A DNA stretch of 64,000 bases from Candidatus Latescibacterota bacterium (GCA_965205975.1 OZ242195.1:928001-992000); one strand, 5' to 3'; numbered from the stretch's first letter, positions 37,291-47,865 are shown. The notes: generated from the letters alone by a model not told the origin. A program made the numbers and translations.

Positions 37291-40290
37291 ATGCCAGACC
37301 CTGATCCCATCACATTAAACGCACGCCAGCGCGAAGCCGTTACCGCGCCGATAGGTCCCGTCCTCGTGCTTGCTGGGCCAGGCACGGGGAAGACGCGGGT
37401 GCTGACCGAACGCATTGCGTATCTGGTCTCGCGTCGCGGTGTTCTTCCGGAGAATATCCTTACGCTTACATTTACAAATAAGGCTGCGGCAGAACTGCAA
37501 ATCCGCTTGTCGCGCACATTGAGCAAAGAATCGGCGGAGGTTATTACCGCAGGTACATTTCACAGGTTTTGTATCTCGATTTTGCGCGAGCATAGAGAAA
37601 CGGTTGGGTTGCCGCCGCATTTTGGCATCGCCGATGAAGATCTTCAGCGCACGCTGATCTATCGCGCATTTCCACGCCTGAATCCCAATGAAAGCAATTT
37701 GAATAATGTGATGCAAAATGTGAATCGCCTGAAGTGGCAACGGCGATACAAACCGCATGTCCCGATGAAAAAAGGGGATGCGGAATTGCTCGATAAGTAC
37801 GAAGCTGAGCTAAAGAAAAACCGATTGATCGATTTTGACGATCTCATCTTTCTCGCTCATGACTTGCTTCATTCGCATCGCCAGATTTTGATGGATTATC
37901 GCGCGCAGTTTCAACACATCCTCGTCGATGAGTTTCAAGATACCGATCCGGTTCAATATGCCCTCGTTTATTTGTTGGGCGCGGCTCACCGGAGTGTTTT
38001 TGTGGTTGCAGATGACGAGCAATCCATTTATGGGTGGCGACATGCCAGGCCAGAACATATCGAACAATTTCAAGATGATTTTCTCAAAGGGCGACCCCCC
38101 ATTTTTCTTGAGGAAAATTATCGATCATCCGCAGAGATTTTGCATCTGGCGCGCGTGTTTATCGCCAAGAATGACGTGTTGTTTGAACGCAGTATCCGCA
38201 CCCAGAGATCGGGACGCCGCGTGCGGGGGATGGCTTTTGACACGTTTGAGGAAGAAGGCCAGTTTATTGCGGGCGATATCTGGGATCGCATCCGGGAAAC
38301 GCCCGATCTGGTTCACCGGGATATTGCGGTGCTTTATCCGCAACACGCAATAGGCAGCGAGCTCGAGCGCATTTTTATGCGCGCCAATGTTCCCTGCCTG
38401 ATGGCTCATCGCAGGGGATTGTTTGACCAGCCCGTGATCCGCCGCGCTCTGTCTGTGTTGCGCTATGCGCTCGATGGCGCGAATGATGCGAGCCTCGAGT
38501 TGTTTTTGCGGCGCGAACTCGAAGCAGTGGATCCCAAATTATACCCGGCGGTGCGGGGATTTCAGAAACAAAAAAATATCGGGAGTTTCAAACAGGCTGC
38601 TTTTCTGTATCCGCGAACGGTTTTGGAAGAAGAGGGCGTGAATGTAGAGTGCGCACTGGGTCTGGCTGGCGTGGTACACAATGCCGTGCAAAGAGGCGCG
38701 GTCGCATCTTTGTACCATCTGGTGGATGATATTCTGGATCAATTGAATACATCGGAGTTGCCGTCCCTGAAAAATCATCTCGATGACATTGTAGATCCGC
38801 TCGAACTGTCGGATCTCGATACCGCTCTGAATCGCGTGTTGCCACTCTGGCGCAGGGGCGGCACCTTATATGTGGCGTGTCGGGACGAGGTGCTGCGGCA
38901 TATGCTTACGACTCTGATTCGGGATGCACTGGCGCGGCCGGGTCTCATCATACGAGAGGCTGTGCCCGGTAGCCGATTGGATGTTTTATCCGATACTCTA
39001 ATTTTGTCCTTTGACGAAGATCCGCCGCAAACACCCGAACACTTTTTACATTTGGGAGGCATGGCGTGTGGTGCAATGCTCGCTGCTCTCAAATTGTGTC
39101 AGGCGATCCACTGCGTAGATTTGCCGGCGTATATGCCGGAATACACTGCCTTTGCGTTGGAAACCTCGGGTGACGATCCCGAGCATGCACAGATCACAGC
39201 TCTGGGTGCTGTGCGCGTGCGAGATGGGTGCGTTGTCGATACATTTTATTCACCCGTACGCCTGCGAGAGGACAAAGGCACGGCTCCTACATTTCAGGAA
39301 ATTTATCTCGCATTTCAGGCGTTTGTCGGTATTGACATTCTGGTCGCACACAATGGCTATGCGTTCGATTTTCAGGTTTTGCACCGCGAAGCCCGTCGCA
39401 ATGGCAGGTCTCGCATGCCCAATCCGACGGTTGATATATTGCCTATGGCGCGAAGCTATGGCGCGACGGCTGCACGAGATCTGCGCCCTCTTTGCGAGCG
39501 GTATGATATTGCGTCAGATCCAAATGATCCACCGGCACGCGCGCGTGCACTGGCTTTGTGTAGCGTGTTTGAAGCTATGAAGAAAGAACGCGCCTCTCGC
39601 TACCGGCGCATGACGCATGAACGCCTTCTGGATCAAGTTGCTCTGGGCTTGCTTTTTCGCGCGCGCAATGGCGTAAAGGATACGGAGTTTTCCCGCGAAG
39701 AACACGTGCATTTCAACCTAGGAGCGCAGCGTCTTTTGGGACCGGCCAATTTGTGTATTCGCAATCTCGTGCAGCACTACCCTCGGTTGGATGCCGACCG
39801 GCTGCGGGGGCAGACGCGGATGTTGCTCGGCGAAGATCCTCGTCCGGATGTGCTCGCGTTGCACGCTCCCGATCAGATTCAACGCTTTCGAGACCTTTGC
39901 GAACGCCATGGTGCTGCCGCGCCATCTCTCCAGGAGGGCATTCGCAATTTGCTCGATTTTGCCGATCTCTACAAAGTCGAATTGGATACCCCAGACCGCG
40001 ATGCCGTGCATTTGCTGACGTTGCACGCGGCAAAGGGGCTTGAGTTTCGAGAGGTCTATATTTGCGGTCTCGAAGATCGCATTTTGCCCAATGCACGCGC
40101 CCTGAATAGCGCAGATTTAGCGGAACAGCGCAGGTTGTTGTATGTGGGGATCACCCGCGCAATGGATCGTCTCACGCTTTCTTGCGTGCGTCATCGTCCA
40201 GGCCGAAATATGGCGCCTTCTCGATTCTGGGATGAACTCGGATTAGAGCGCGAAGGGGCGGATAAACGAATTCCCGATTCTGAATCATGA
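37291..40290 (+). CDS. UvrD/PcrA-like SF1A helicase with inserted DnaQ-like exonuclease domain
   Basis: AGPGTGKT, TFTNKAA, VDEFQD, QSIYGWR, ENYRS, TLHAAKGLEF, YVGITRA. Insert contains LVAHNGYAFDF. Confidence 0.92.
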   Translation: MPDPDPITLNARQREAVTAPIGPVLVLAGPGTGKTRVLTERIAYLVSRRGVLPENILTLTFTNKAAAELQIRLSRTLSKESAEVITAGTFHRFCISILREHRETVGLPPHFGIADEDLQRTLIYRAFPRLNPNESNLNNVMQNVNRLKWQRRYKPHVPMKKGDAELLDKYEAELKKNRLIDFDDLIFLAHDLLHSHRQILMDYRAQFQHILVDEFQDTDPVQYALVYLLGAAHRSVFVVADDEQSIYGWRHARPEHIEQFQDDFLKGRPPIFLEENYRSSAEILHLARVFIAKNDVLFERSIRTQRSGRRVRGMAFDTFEEEGQFIAGDIWDRIRETPDLVHRDIAVLYPQHAIGSELERIFMRANVPCLMAHRRGLFDQPVIRRALSVLRYALDGANDASLELFLRRELEAVDPKLYPAVRGFQKQKNIGSFKQAAFLYPRTVLEEEGVNVECALGLAGVVHNAVQRGAVASLYHLVDDILDQLNTSELPSLKNHLDDIVDPLELSDLDTALNRVLPLWRRGGTLYVACRDEVLRHMLTTLIRDALARPGLIIREAVPGSRLDVLSDTLILSFDEDPPQTPEHFLHLGGMACGAMLAALKLCQAIHCVDLPAYMPEYTAFALETSGDDPEHAQITALGAVRVRDGCVVDTFYSPVRLREDKGTAPTFQEIYLAFQAFVGIDILVAHNGYAFDFQVLHREARRNGRSRMPNPTVDILPMARSYGATAARDLRPLCERYDIASDPNDPPARARALALCSVFEAMKKERASRYRRMTHERLLDQVALGLLFRARNGVKDTEFSREEHVHFNLGAQRLLGPANLCIRNLVQHYPRLDADRLRGQTRMLLGEDPRPDVLALHAPDQIQRFRDLCERHGAAAPSLQEGIRNLLDFADLYKVELDTPDRDAVHLLTLHAAKGLEFREVYICGLEDRILPNARALNSADLAEQRRLLYVGITRAMDRLTLSCVRHRPGRNMAPSRFWDELGLEREGADKRIPDSES

Positions 40291-41069
40291 AAAAAGACAA
40301 AGTTTATTTTATTTCTGACGCGCATATAGGTGGGGGCAAATATATCCGTCCACCGCGCGTTCGTGAAAACGCGCTGATCGATTTTCTACGCGCTATTCGG
40401 AAAGATGCCGAGTGTTTGTATATTGTGGGTGATCTTTTCGATTTTTGGTTTGAATATCGGTCCGTCGTTCCCGCACATGGCGCGCGTGTGATCTTTGAAC
40501 TGTATCACCTTGTTCAAAGTGGAACGCGCGTCATTTATCTGCCTGGCAATCACGATAGCTGGCTGGGAGACTATTTATCCGAGCAGGTGGGGGTGGAGCT
40601 TCCCGGGCATTTTTGCGACGTCGTACACCAGAATCGCCGTTTGTATGTGACACACGGCGATATTTTTCAGCAAAATTGGAAATTTGAGTTGCGGCGGCGC
40701 ATTTTGAATCATCCGCTGTGTATCGCCCTGTTTCGGTGGTTACATCCAGATATCGGTGCTTATCTGGCGCGTATTGTGTCGCGGTCTTCGGACGCTGGGA
40801 TAGAAAAAGGGACGCAGAAGACAAAGAAAACATATCTGCCTTTATATTTTACTAAAAGCGCGGCAGAGAAATTTGCCGAGGGATTTGATTTTGTGATTTG
40901 TGGACATTATCACGCGCTGAGTGTTGAGCCGATGGACGGCGGGACACTTGTTGTGTTAGGCGATTGGATGAGATACGACACCTATGCTATACTCGAAAAT
41001 GGCGAGATTGTCTTAAAGCACTGGCATACAGCACCGGAAAAACCACTAAAAACATCGGCTGACTGCTGA
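40287..41069 (+). CDS. lpxH: UDP-2,3-diacylglucosamine diphosphatase
   Basis: SDAH, GDLFDFW, GNHD, HGD, GHYH, LGDW. Confidence 0.85.
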   Translation: MKKDKVYFISDAHIGGGKYIRPPRVRENALIDFLRAIRKDAECLYIVGDLFDFWFEYRSVVPAHGARVIFELYHLVQSGTRVIYLPGNHDSWLGDYLSEQVGVELPGHFCDVVHQNRRLYVTHGDIFQQNWKFELRRRILNHPLCIALFRWLHPDIGAYLARIVSRSSDAGIEKGTQKTKKTYLPLYFTKSAAEKFAEGFDFVICGHYHALSVEPMDGGTLVVLGDWMRYDTYAILENGEIVLKHWHTAPEKPLKTSADC

Positions 41070-41084
41070 TACAGGAGATTGCAA

Positions 41085-42563
41085 ATGATTTTGAGCATTG
41101 ATCAGGGTACTACGGGGACAACTGCGTTGGTGTTGGATTCTCAAGGGGAAATTTTGGGGCGAGGATATTCGGAATTTCGGCAGATATTTCCGCGTCCCGG
41201 CTGGGTATCGCACGACGCAACGGAGATATGGGATACAACACTGAAAGTTATTGACGCAGCAATCACAGAGGCGGTTATAGATGCCGTAGAAATAAAAGGT
41301 ATTGGCATTGCCAATCAGCGCGAGACAACTGTTTTATGGGATAGGAGTACGGGTGACCCCTTACACGACGCGATTGTCTGGCAGTGCCGACGTACGGCGG
41401 ATTTGTGCGCCCAATATCGCGCAGATGGCCTCGAAGATATGGTACGTGAAAAGACGGGATTGGTCATTGATGCTTATTTTTCGGCGAGTAAGATTGCGTG
41501 GTTACTCGACCGCGTCTATAGTCTGCGTGCGCGTGCGGAACAAGGTGAGGTGTGTTTTGGCACTGTAGATAGTTTTTTGTTGTACAAACTCACAGGGGGG
41601 GCTGTTCACGCGACTGATTATACCAATGCTTCGCGCACGATGATTTACAATATTCACAGAAGAAAGTGGGATGACGAGTTGTTGGAGATTTTTGATATCC
41701 CAGCGGGCATACTCCCCGAAGTGCGATCATCGGCTGGCGACTTTGGAACTACTGTGAATTTTGGCATTTTGCCTGCGGGTATTCCAATAGGGGGGATTGC
41801 GGGCGATCAGCAAGCCGCGCTTTTTGGGCAACGCGGCGTTCGGGCAGGCGATATTAAAAATACGTATGGTACGGGGTGTTTTACACTTTTTCAAACAGGT
41901 GATCGGGCGGTGCCGTCCGCGCACGGTTTGTTGACGACGCTTGCGTGTGGGCCTTCTGGACGCGTATCCCACGCGCTTGAAGGTGCAGTGTTCAGCGCGG
42001 GGGCGACGGTTCAATGGCTGCGCGACGGTTTGGGGATTATTGATACTGCCGCTGAGACCGAGGCATGGTCTCAGGCGATTGACGATACGGGGGGGGTGTA
42101 TTTTGTTCCCGCATTTACCGGCCTGGGGGCGCCGCACTGGGATGCGGATGCGCGTGGCGCGATTGTAGGGCTTACGCGCGGTACTGGACGCGCCCAGTTA
42201 GCACGCGCCGCTCTGGAGTCTATTGCCTATCAGTCCACCGATCTCGTCCATGCGATGGTCGCCGATGCGGGGCAGTCTGTAACGAGTTTGCGCGTGGATG
42301 GGGGGGCTGTGGTGAATGATTTTTTGATGCAGTTTCAAGCGGATATTCTGAATGTACCAGTGATTCGTCCAAAGTACGTGGAGACGACTGCATTGGGGGC
42401 GGGGATGCTGGCGGGATTGACGACGGGCGTGTGGGATAATGCTGACGCGCTTGCCGATATTAACCCACCGCAACGCACCTTTGAGCCTGCGATGTCGCAA
42501 GATCGTCGCGAAGCATTGCTGGCGGGTTGGCACAAAGCAGTAGAGCGCACACTGTTGGCGTAA
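41085..42563 (+). CDS. glpK: Glycerol kinase
   Basis: DQGTT, NQRETT, WQCRRT, YFSASK, GDQQAALFG, KNTYGTG, LGAPHW. Confidence 0.97.
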   Translation: MILSIDQGTTGTTALVLDSQGEILGRGYSEFRQIFPRPGWVSHDATEIWDTTLKVIDAAITEAVIDAVEIKGIGIANQRETTVLWDRSTGDPLHDAIVWQCRRTADLCAQYRADGLEDMVREKTGLVIDAYFSASKIAWLLDRVYSLRARAEQGEVCFGTVDSFLLYKLTGGAVHATDYTNASRTMIYNIHRRKWDDELLEIFDIPAGILPEVRSSAGDFGTTVNFGILPAGIPIGGIAGDQQAALFGQRGVRAGDIKNTYGTGCFTLFQTGDRAVPSAHGLLTTLACGPSGRVSHALEGAVFSAGATVQWLRDGLGIIDTAAETEAWSQAIDDTGGVYFVPAFTGLGAPHWDADARGAIVGLTRGTGRAQLARAALESIAYQSTDLVHAMVADAGQSVTSLRVDGGAVVNDFLMQFQADILNVPVIRPKYVETTALGAGMLAGLTTGVWDNADALADINPPQRTFEPAMSQDRREALLAGWHKAVERTLLA

Positions 42564-42575
42564 CTTATAGCATTC

Positions 42576-43748
42576 TCACTGTATTTGTTCCAAATAGGCA
42601 AGATGGGTTTGGGCAACTTTGTTTTGAGGATCAATGGCGAGCATATCGCGGTAGTGCTGACAGGCTGCCGCGATATCGTTTTTTTGTTCGGCAATGATGG
42701 CCAATCCGTGTAGAATGCGGGTATTTTCCAGAAGCTGTTCGCTAATGTGCTGTAGCAGTATTTCAATATCATCAATATAGTCGGGATAATGCAGTGATTC
42801 ATTATTTTCACGAGACAATGCCATGAGATTTAACAGTGGATTCACATTGCCTGAAACGCCGCTACCTCGACGCGGTTTGAGATCAATTTTATCCCCAATT
42901 TCGGGAAGGCCGAGAACAATGGCTTCAATCAGGGATTCAACCGCTTCATCTAATCGTTCCAGGTCAATTAAAACATTTCCTCGATTATAATGCACAGCGA
43001 GATTATCGGGCACCAATTCAGATAAGATGTCGTAAATCCTCAGTTCCTGTTCAGAATTTTTTGTCTTGGCCAAATATTCAGCCCGATCGTAGAGTTGCTC
43101 AATTTTAGTATGATTATTATCTACGATCTCTTGCGCTTGCTTCTCAAATTCTGGATGCACCAGTAAGACGAGTTGACCCTTTTGGTCTTGTGAAAACAAG
43201 GGCGTTTTGACTGTGTGCGAAATGTCGCCCAATTCCGAAATAATTTTGTTCAAAAACGCAGGGGATCGCGATTGAAAGATGGGTTTCCAGGTATTGAGGT
43301 CATGCGATACATCTACCGTCCACAATTCGAGAGATAAAAAACGCCTGAGCGTTGACTTCAACTGTTCTGTGGTATCAAAAAAGAACGATGTTAGGTAACC
43401 TTCTTCTACATAGTGGTGAACGAGCCATTGACGGAATTCGCGCTGGATAACCCAGGCGTCCTCCAGGCAATTGGTGAGCGTGAGTATCGACCAGAGCGGA
43501 ATATCCGAATCTACTTTTGCCAGCGCCTGATCAATGCTACACGACTCGCCTTCCTCATCATTCTGGGCCAGATGGACATCGTCGATAAAGTTTTCTATGG
43601 ACAATGCGCGTTTTTCTCGTTCGCTTTCTGCAATAACGAGAAAATTCCCCTGGAAATTTTCCCGGTCAATTGTCAGTGTGCGCACAAGTTCCCGATCGCT
43701 CATCACAGCGCACTGTTGTATAACCCGATCACTCATGCATAAACTCAA
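42576..43748 (-). CDS. TPR-containing hypothetical protein
   Basis: HYNRGNVLIDLERLDEA and YRDMLAIDPQN TPR-like motifs. Confidence 0.7.
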   Translation of the reverse strand: MSLCMSDRVIQQCAVMSDRELVRTLTIDRENFQGNFLVIAESEREKRALSIENFIDDVHLAQNDEEGESCSIDQALAKVDSDIPLWSILTLTNCLEDAWVIQREFRQWLVHHYVEEGYLTSFFFDTTEQLKSTLRRFLSLELWTVDVSHDLNTWKPIFQSRSPAFLNKIISELGDISHTVKTPLFSQDQKGQLVLLVHPEFEKQAQEIVDNNHTKIEQLYDRAEYLAKTKNSEQELRIYDILSELVPDNLAVHYNRGNVLIDLERLDEAVESLIEAIVLGLPEIGDKIDLKPRRGSGVSGNVNPLLNLMALSRENNESLHYPDYIDDIEILLQHISEQLLENTRILHGLAIIAEQKNDIAAACQHYRDMLAIDPQNKVAQTHLAYLEQIQ

Positions 43749-43963
43749 CGGTGATATTCGCGCAAAGACAAACGCTTTCGCGGTCGTTGGAAGTCACTGG
43801 GTTTTTCAGACACACTAACGTCATTGCGCATCTTGCGACCGAGCTTGCGAATCAGATGAACACCCCACCAGATTAGTGCCCCGATCACAGCCATTACCAT
43901 CCCAATGCTGCGACCGCTGGCACTTTCGAGACTCTTGAGCAAACTGTTAATCAGATCTTCCAC
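43745..43963 (-). CDS. Small membrane protein
   Basis: One hydrophobic helix, co-directional with purC. Confidence 0.55.
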   Translation of the reverse strand: MEDLINSLLKSLESASGRSIGMVMAVIGALIWWGVHLIRKLGRKMRNDVSVSEKPSDFQRPRKRLSLREYHR

Positions 43964-43978
43964 TGTTGATCGCTTTTC

Positions 43979-44944
43979 TTAAAAATACGGCTCGATATTT
44001 TTTTCGATGCGTTCGAGAATGGGCGTATTATCCACTTCGGTTTCAAATGGTTCGCCTGTTACGCGCTCGAACAGGTCGATGTATCGCGCGGAGACTTGTG
44101 TGCGAATTTCGTCATCTAATTCGGGAATATTATCGTCGGAAATTCCCTTATCCACGAGCCAGAGGCGCAAAAACTCTTTGTCCAGGCTTTCGGGTTCTTC
44201 GCCGCGCGCATGGAGGTCTTCATAAGAGTCCAGGATCCAGTAGCGCGAGGAGTCGGGCGTGTGAATCTCATCGGCGACGGTCAGATTGCCCTCAGGATCC
44301 AGTCCCATTTCGTATTTTGTATCCACGAGAATCAATCCGCGCTGTGCAGCGAGTTCTGTGCCGCGGGCGAATAATTCCAGAGCCACTTCCTCGACTTCTG
44401 CCCACCTGTCTGCATCGACCAGGCCGCGCTCGACAATTTCCTCTGGCGAGATCGATTCGTCGTGATCTTCTGCTTTTGTGGTCGGCGTAATAATCGCTTC
44501 CTCAAATTTCTGATTTTTTATCATGCCATCGGGCAAGTCAACGCCGCAGAATTTCCGTACACCGTTATTGTAATTCGTCCACACCGAGGTGTCCGTACTG
44601 CCGGTCAAGTATCGTCGCACGACGATTTCGACGGGTAACATATCGAGTTCGCGCGCAACCGTCACATTGGGGTCTGGTACGTCAAGTACCTGATTGGGCA
44701 CGATATCTGCGGTCTGATCAAACCAGTATTTTGCAGTTTTGTTCAAGACCTGTCCCTTCAAGGGGATCGCACCGAGTACGTGATCAAACGCGCTTTGGCG
44801 GTCTGTGGTGATGAGAATGCGCTTGTCTTCGAGCAGATAGATGTCCCGCACTTTCCCTTTTTGGTATTGATTCGTCCAGCGGTCAAATTTAGCTTCCAAT
44901 AAACAGTTATTCAGTTGTGAACGGATTTGTTCTTGAGAGATCAT
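43979..44944 (-). CDS. purC: SAICAR synthase
   Basis: GKVRDIY, TDRQSAFD, TPTTK, VDTKYEMG, DEIHTPDSSRYW, DKEFLR. Confidence 0.97.
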   Translation of the reverse strand: MISQEQIRSQLNNCLLEAKFDRWTNQYQKGKVRDIYLLEDKRILITTDRQSAFDHVLGAIPLKGQVLNKTAKYWFDQTADIVPNQVLDVPDPNVTVARELDMLPVEIVVRRYLTGSTDTSVWTNYNNGVRKFCGVDLPDGMIKNQKFEEAIITPTTKAEDHDESISPEEIVERGLVDADRWAEVEEVALELFARGTELAAQRGLILVDTKYEMGLDPEGNLTVADEIHTPDSSRYWILDSYEDLHARGEEPESLDKEFLRLWLVDKGISDDNIPELDDEIRTQVSARYIDLFERVTGEPFETEVDNTPILERIEKNIEPYF

Positions 44945-44973
44945 GGATATACACTCCTATAAAAAATAAATGC

Positions 44974-45003
44974 AACCACCGATTAACACAGATGGACACG
45001 GAT
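44974..45003 (+). repeat. Left decamer-repeat arm (degenerate)
   Basis: aaccaccgat taacacagat ggacacggat. Confidence 0.65.
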
Positions 45004-45060
45004 AATACGAATGAATGCGGTCAGCGAAGGGGGAGAGATAATTTTAACTTTCAGCCAGTC

Positions 45061-45414
45061 TTAGAGTGCCAGCACCGCACGGAGTAATCTATCTACTTCG
45101 GCTTGTAATTGCGGACCAAGACTTCCGAGACGACGAATGATGACTGATCGTTCTACTGTAGCTAATTTGTGCATCCGGATGACGGACGTAACGCGCAAGC
45201 CTGTCAAGCTAAATTCCGGGTGGTTAGACTCAACGGTGTAGTCGGTGGGAGCAAGCGTACCGCGTACAACGCTGGAAATTGCCACGAGCACTATGTCGTC
45301 TCCGAGTTGCCCTTGAGACACGATCACTGCGGGGCGAAGAGAGGTGCCGGTCAAATCGGTAAATGGAAATCGCGCCAGAACCACATTACCGCGCGAGAGC
45401 GTTGGGTGCGTCAC
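45061..45414 (-). CDS. PemK/MazF family toxin
   Basis: RGNVVLARFPFTD...RPAVIVS...GLRVTSVIRMHKL. Confidence 0.9.
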   Translation of the reverse strand: MTHPTLSRGNVVLARFPFTDLTGTSLRPAVIVSQGQLGDDIVLVAISSVVRGTLAPTDYTVESNHPEFSLTGLRVTSVIRMHKLATVERSVIIRRLGSLGPQLQAEVDRLLRAVLAL

Positions 45415-45641
45415 ACTGGTTCCCCATCCTTGAAGGAGTAAATGTCTTCTCCCTCCTTCTTCCAGAAGTCAAATGCGCCGCTTTCTTCTGAGAGGCGCAT
45501 GAGATCCTCTGTTGTCACATCATCTTCCTGCCTTTGCACAGTAATCTCTTCGTAGCGCTGTGCCAGTTTTACCAGCAGTTCGAGTTCGCTTTGCGGAACC
45601 AGCACTTTCTCACCGATACATTGTATGTGAATCGTTGCCAT
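45411..45641 (-). CDS. Putative antitoxin
   Basis: Acidic small ORF ending FDFW..EGEDIYS..DGEPV, 4-bp overlap with the toxin. Confidence 0.75.
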   Translation of the reverse strand: MATIHIQCIGEKVLVPQSELELLVKLAQRYEEITVQRQEDDVTTEDLMRLSEESGAFDFWKKEGEDIYSFKDGEPV

Positions 45642-45730
45642 TTTGGCTCCTGTTCTGTGTTCGTACTCGCTGCACCCCGTTGTGTGCTCGTGTTGCGGTT
45701 GCTGCCCATCTACAGATGATTTTGAATTTT

Positions 45731-45762
45731 CCATCTGCGTCCATCTGCGTCCATCTGCGGAT
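45731..45762 (+). repeat. Right decamer-repeat arm (CCATCTGCGT)x3 ending ATCTGCGGAT
   Basis: Directly visible. Confidence 0.9.
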
Positions 45763-45767
45763 GCTCT

Positions 45768-47756
45768 TTAAGCCGCGCGGAAATGCACTGCGTGACCCCT
45801 TTCTGGGAACCAGATCACATCCAGCATCATTGACAGGGCTACGCCCAGGACATAGCCGACGAGCAAGCCGATGAAAAAGGGGCGCGATTTGTGATAGACA
45901 GAGGGTCCGCCCACTTTGAGCATCACCAGTTTAATCAGCCAGGCGATGAATAAGGTGAAGCTGCTGGCGCGAATCAATGGTGTTCCCGAAAGTGCAAGGC
46001 CCACCGGGTGCAGGGGCCACCACACAAACCGATGGCGCATAAAAATGAGGCCAACCATCGCCAGACCGCCTATGCCGAAAAAGGCCAGATTTTCGGGGTT
46101 ATCCACGTAAAAGGGCGGATTATCGGCATTCTTGACCGCGTTGGCGGCATTCCTAAAATAATTGCGAGCACTTCTGGGAATCTCGCCGACATTAAAATTA
46201 AACGCGCCCTCGTCATAACCCAATTTCAACGTGAGAAAAATGCTCGTTATAAAACTTGCCGCAAAAGCGATGTAAAGCGCGGCTATCAACTTGCGGCGGT
46301 TATCGGTTATGCCCTCGGACAACTTGCCGACCTGGGCAGTCGCTGGCAAAAATAAGCCTTTGGCATTTCCCGTAATCAAATTGGCAAAACGAAACGCCAC
46401 ATGTGTGGTGGATGGAATCCCGACGTTGCCAAAAAAGGGTGCCACATAATTCCACGCAATCCCCGGTATCTGTGTGTAGGGCATGCCAGTGTCCGACAAA
46501 ATTTTTGCCATTCCAATATATCCACACACACACGCCATCAGCAGCAGGGCACTGATGATGGGGTCCATGTTCATCTGCATCATCCAGATAAACAAAAACG
46601 CGAGGCCCGCCACCACGCCGACCACGGCGGCGCGATAGGACAATAGTTCATCGCGGTCATCCACGGTGTCGTCTTTGCCGAGTGCTTTCATTATTACATC
46701 TCGCAAATGCAGCCGCGCCACCCAGAACATCGAAATCACCAGTACGACGAACGCGCCGCGCGTCTGCCATTGGTACACGCCGCGATAGGCAACGGGGACC
46801 ATGGATTTATATCCCAATTTATTGAGCCAGCCGCCTTCGACGATGAAAAGGAGATCGAATACCCACAAACTGAGCAGCACATCGAGACTGGCAAAATAGG
46901 AGAAGAAAATGGAAAATAAACCCACCGATGCCCGAATGCGCGGAAATTGTGGATCTATGATGTGCCACCTGCCCCCGTGAATGGGAAAACGCGGAAAATT
47001 TGGCAAGAAATAATTGATACAATTCCAGGCGATCATGCCAAATGCCAGGATAAAGCCAATCCAGAACAGGCGATTGTACATAAAGCCCGGCAATGCGCGT
47101 TTGTCGCCTCCTGGTTCGGACATCATATTGATTAGAGGAGCCATGGCCGGATATGCCAGGCGTTCGTTTTGCACCCACTGTTTTCTGAAAATGACGCCTA
47201 TACAGGTCAGTACTACAAACGCAGCTGTAAAAGCCATAAACCACCAGAACAGCGGCAGTACCCATATATCCCAGGGGATGGCTGCGCCTTCGGGACGGCC
47301 TTCAAAAAACCACGCTATTCCATTGCCCTCATTGGTGGGAATTAAAAAATCGGGCAGATGTGGGTGCAGCAATTCAGCCCAGTTGTTGTCTTCGGTAGCA
47401 TAGAAATACGGTGCAGAAATATATCCGATCAAAAAGCCCGTACTGGCCCAGATTGGCATGGTTGCGCCCACGAGGCCCATCGACAAAATGGTGTGCCATT
47501 CCCCGGATTGAAGAGAGAATCGCGCAAGTCTGCCCACCACCGCGAGCGCGATGAGCATGGTAATAAATACGATGAGCATGGCCATTGGAATGTGCGAGAG
47601 CACCATGCGCGAGCCGTGATAATGAAATCGAACATAGACCGCTATCACATCCAGCAGGACCACCAGGAGCAGTCCCAATCCGATGGCCCGCGGCGTAATG
47701 CCTCCGCGAGGGGATTGTTCGGCTTCGCGTTCAATATCTGGTATTTGTGTTGCCAT
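45768..47756 (-). CDS. DUF6785/DUF6784 polytopic membrane protein (second paralogue)
   Basis: KQWVQNERLAYP, FWIGF, WWPLHPVG. Confidence 0.8.
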   Translation of the reverse strand: MATQIPDIEREAEQSPRGGITPRAIGLGLLLVVLLDVIAVYVRFHYHGSRMVLSHIPMAMLIVFITMLIALAVVGRLARFSLQSGEWHTILSMGLVGATMPIWASTGFLIGYISAPYFYATEDNNWAELLHPHLPDFLIPTNEGNGIAWFFEGRPEGAAIPWDIWVLPLFWWFMAFTAAFVVLTCIGVIFRKQWVQNERLAYPAMAPLINMMSEPGGDKRALPGFMYNRLFWIGFILAFGMIAWNCINYFLPNFPRFPIHGGRWHIIDPQFPRIRASVGLFSIFFSYFASLDVLLSLWVFDLLFIVEGGWLNKLGYKSMVPVAYRGVYQWQTRGAFVVLVISMFWVARLHLRDVIMKALGKDDTVDDRDELLSYRAAVVGVVAGLAFLFIWMMQMNMDPIISALLLMACVCGYIGMAKILSDTGMPYTQIPGIAWNYVAPFFGNVGIPSTTHVAFRFANLITGNAKGLFLPATAQVGKLSEGITDNRRKLIAALYIAFAASFITSIFLTLKLGYDEGAFNFNVGEIPRSARNYFRNAANAVKNADNPPFYVDNPENLAFFGIGGLAMVGLIFMRHRFVWWPLHPVGLALSGTPLIRASSFTLFIAWLIKLVMLKVGGPSVYHKSRPFFIGLLVGYVLGVALSMMLDVIWFPERGHAVHFRAA

Positions 47757-47780
47757 TCGGTGTTCCTTAAAAAAATTCAG

Positions 47781-47865
47781 CGAATCAACGAATCAACGAA
47801 CCCCGCCCATCCCCCCAAAGGCAGTGTTCATTGCCATTCGTCTATTCGTCTATTCGTCTATTCGC
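47781..47865. repeat. Inverted arms of octamer tandem repeats
   Basis: (CGAATCAA)x2.5 near 47781-47800, ~37-bp spacer, (TTCGTCTA)x3.5 near 47838-47865. Confidence 0.8.
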
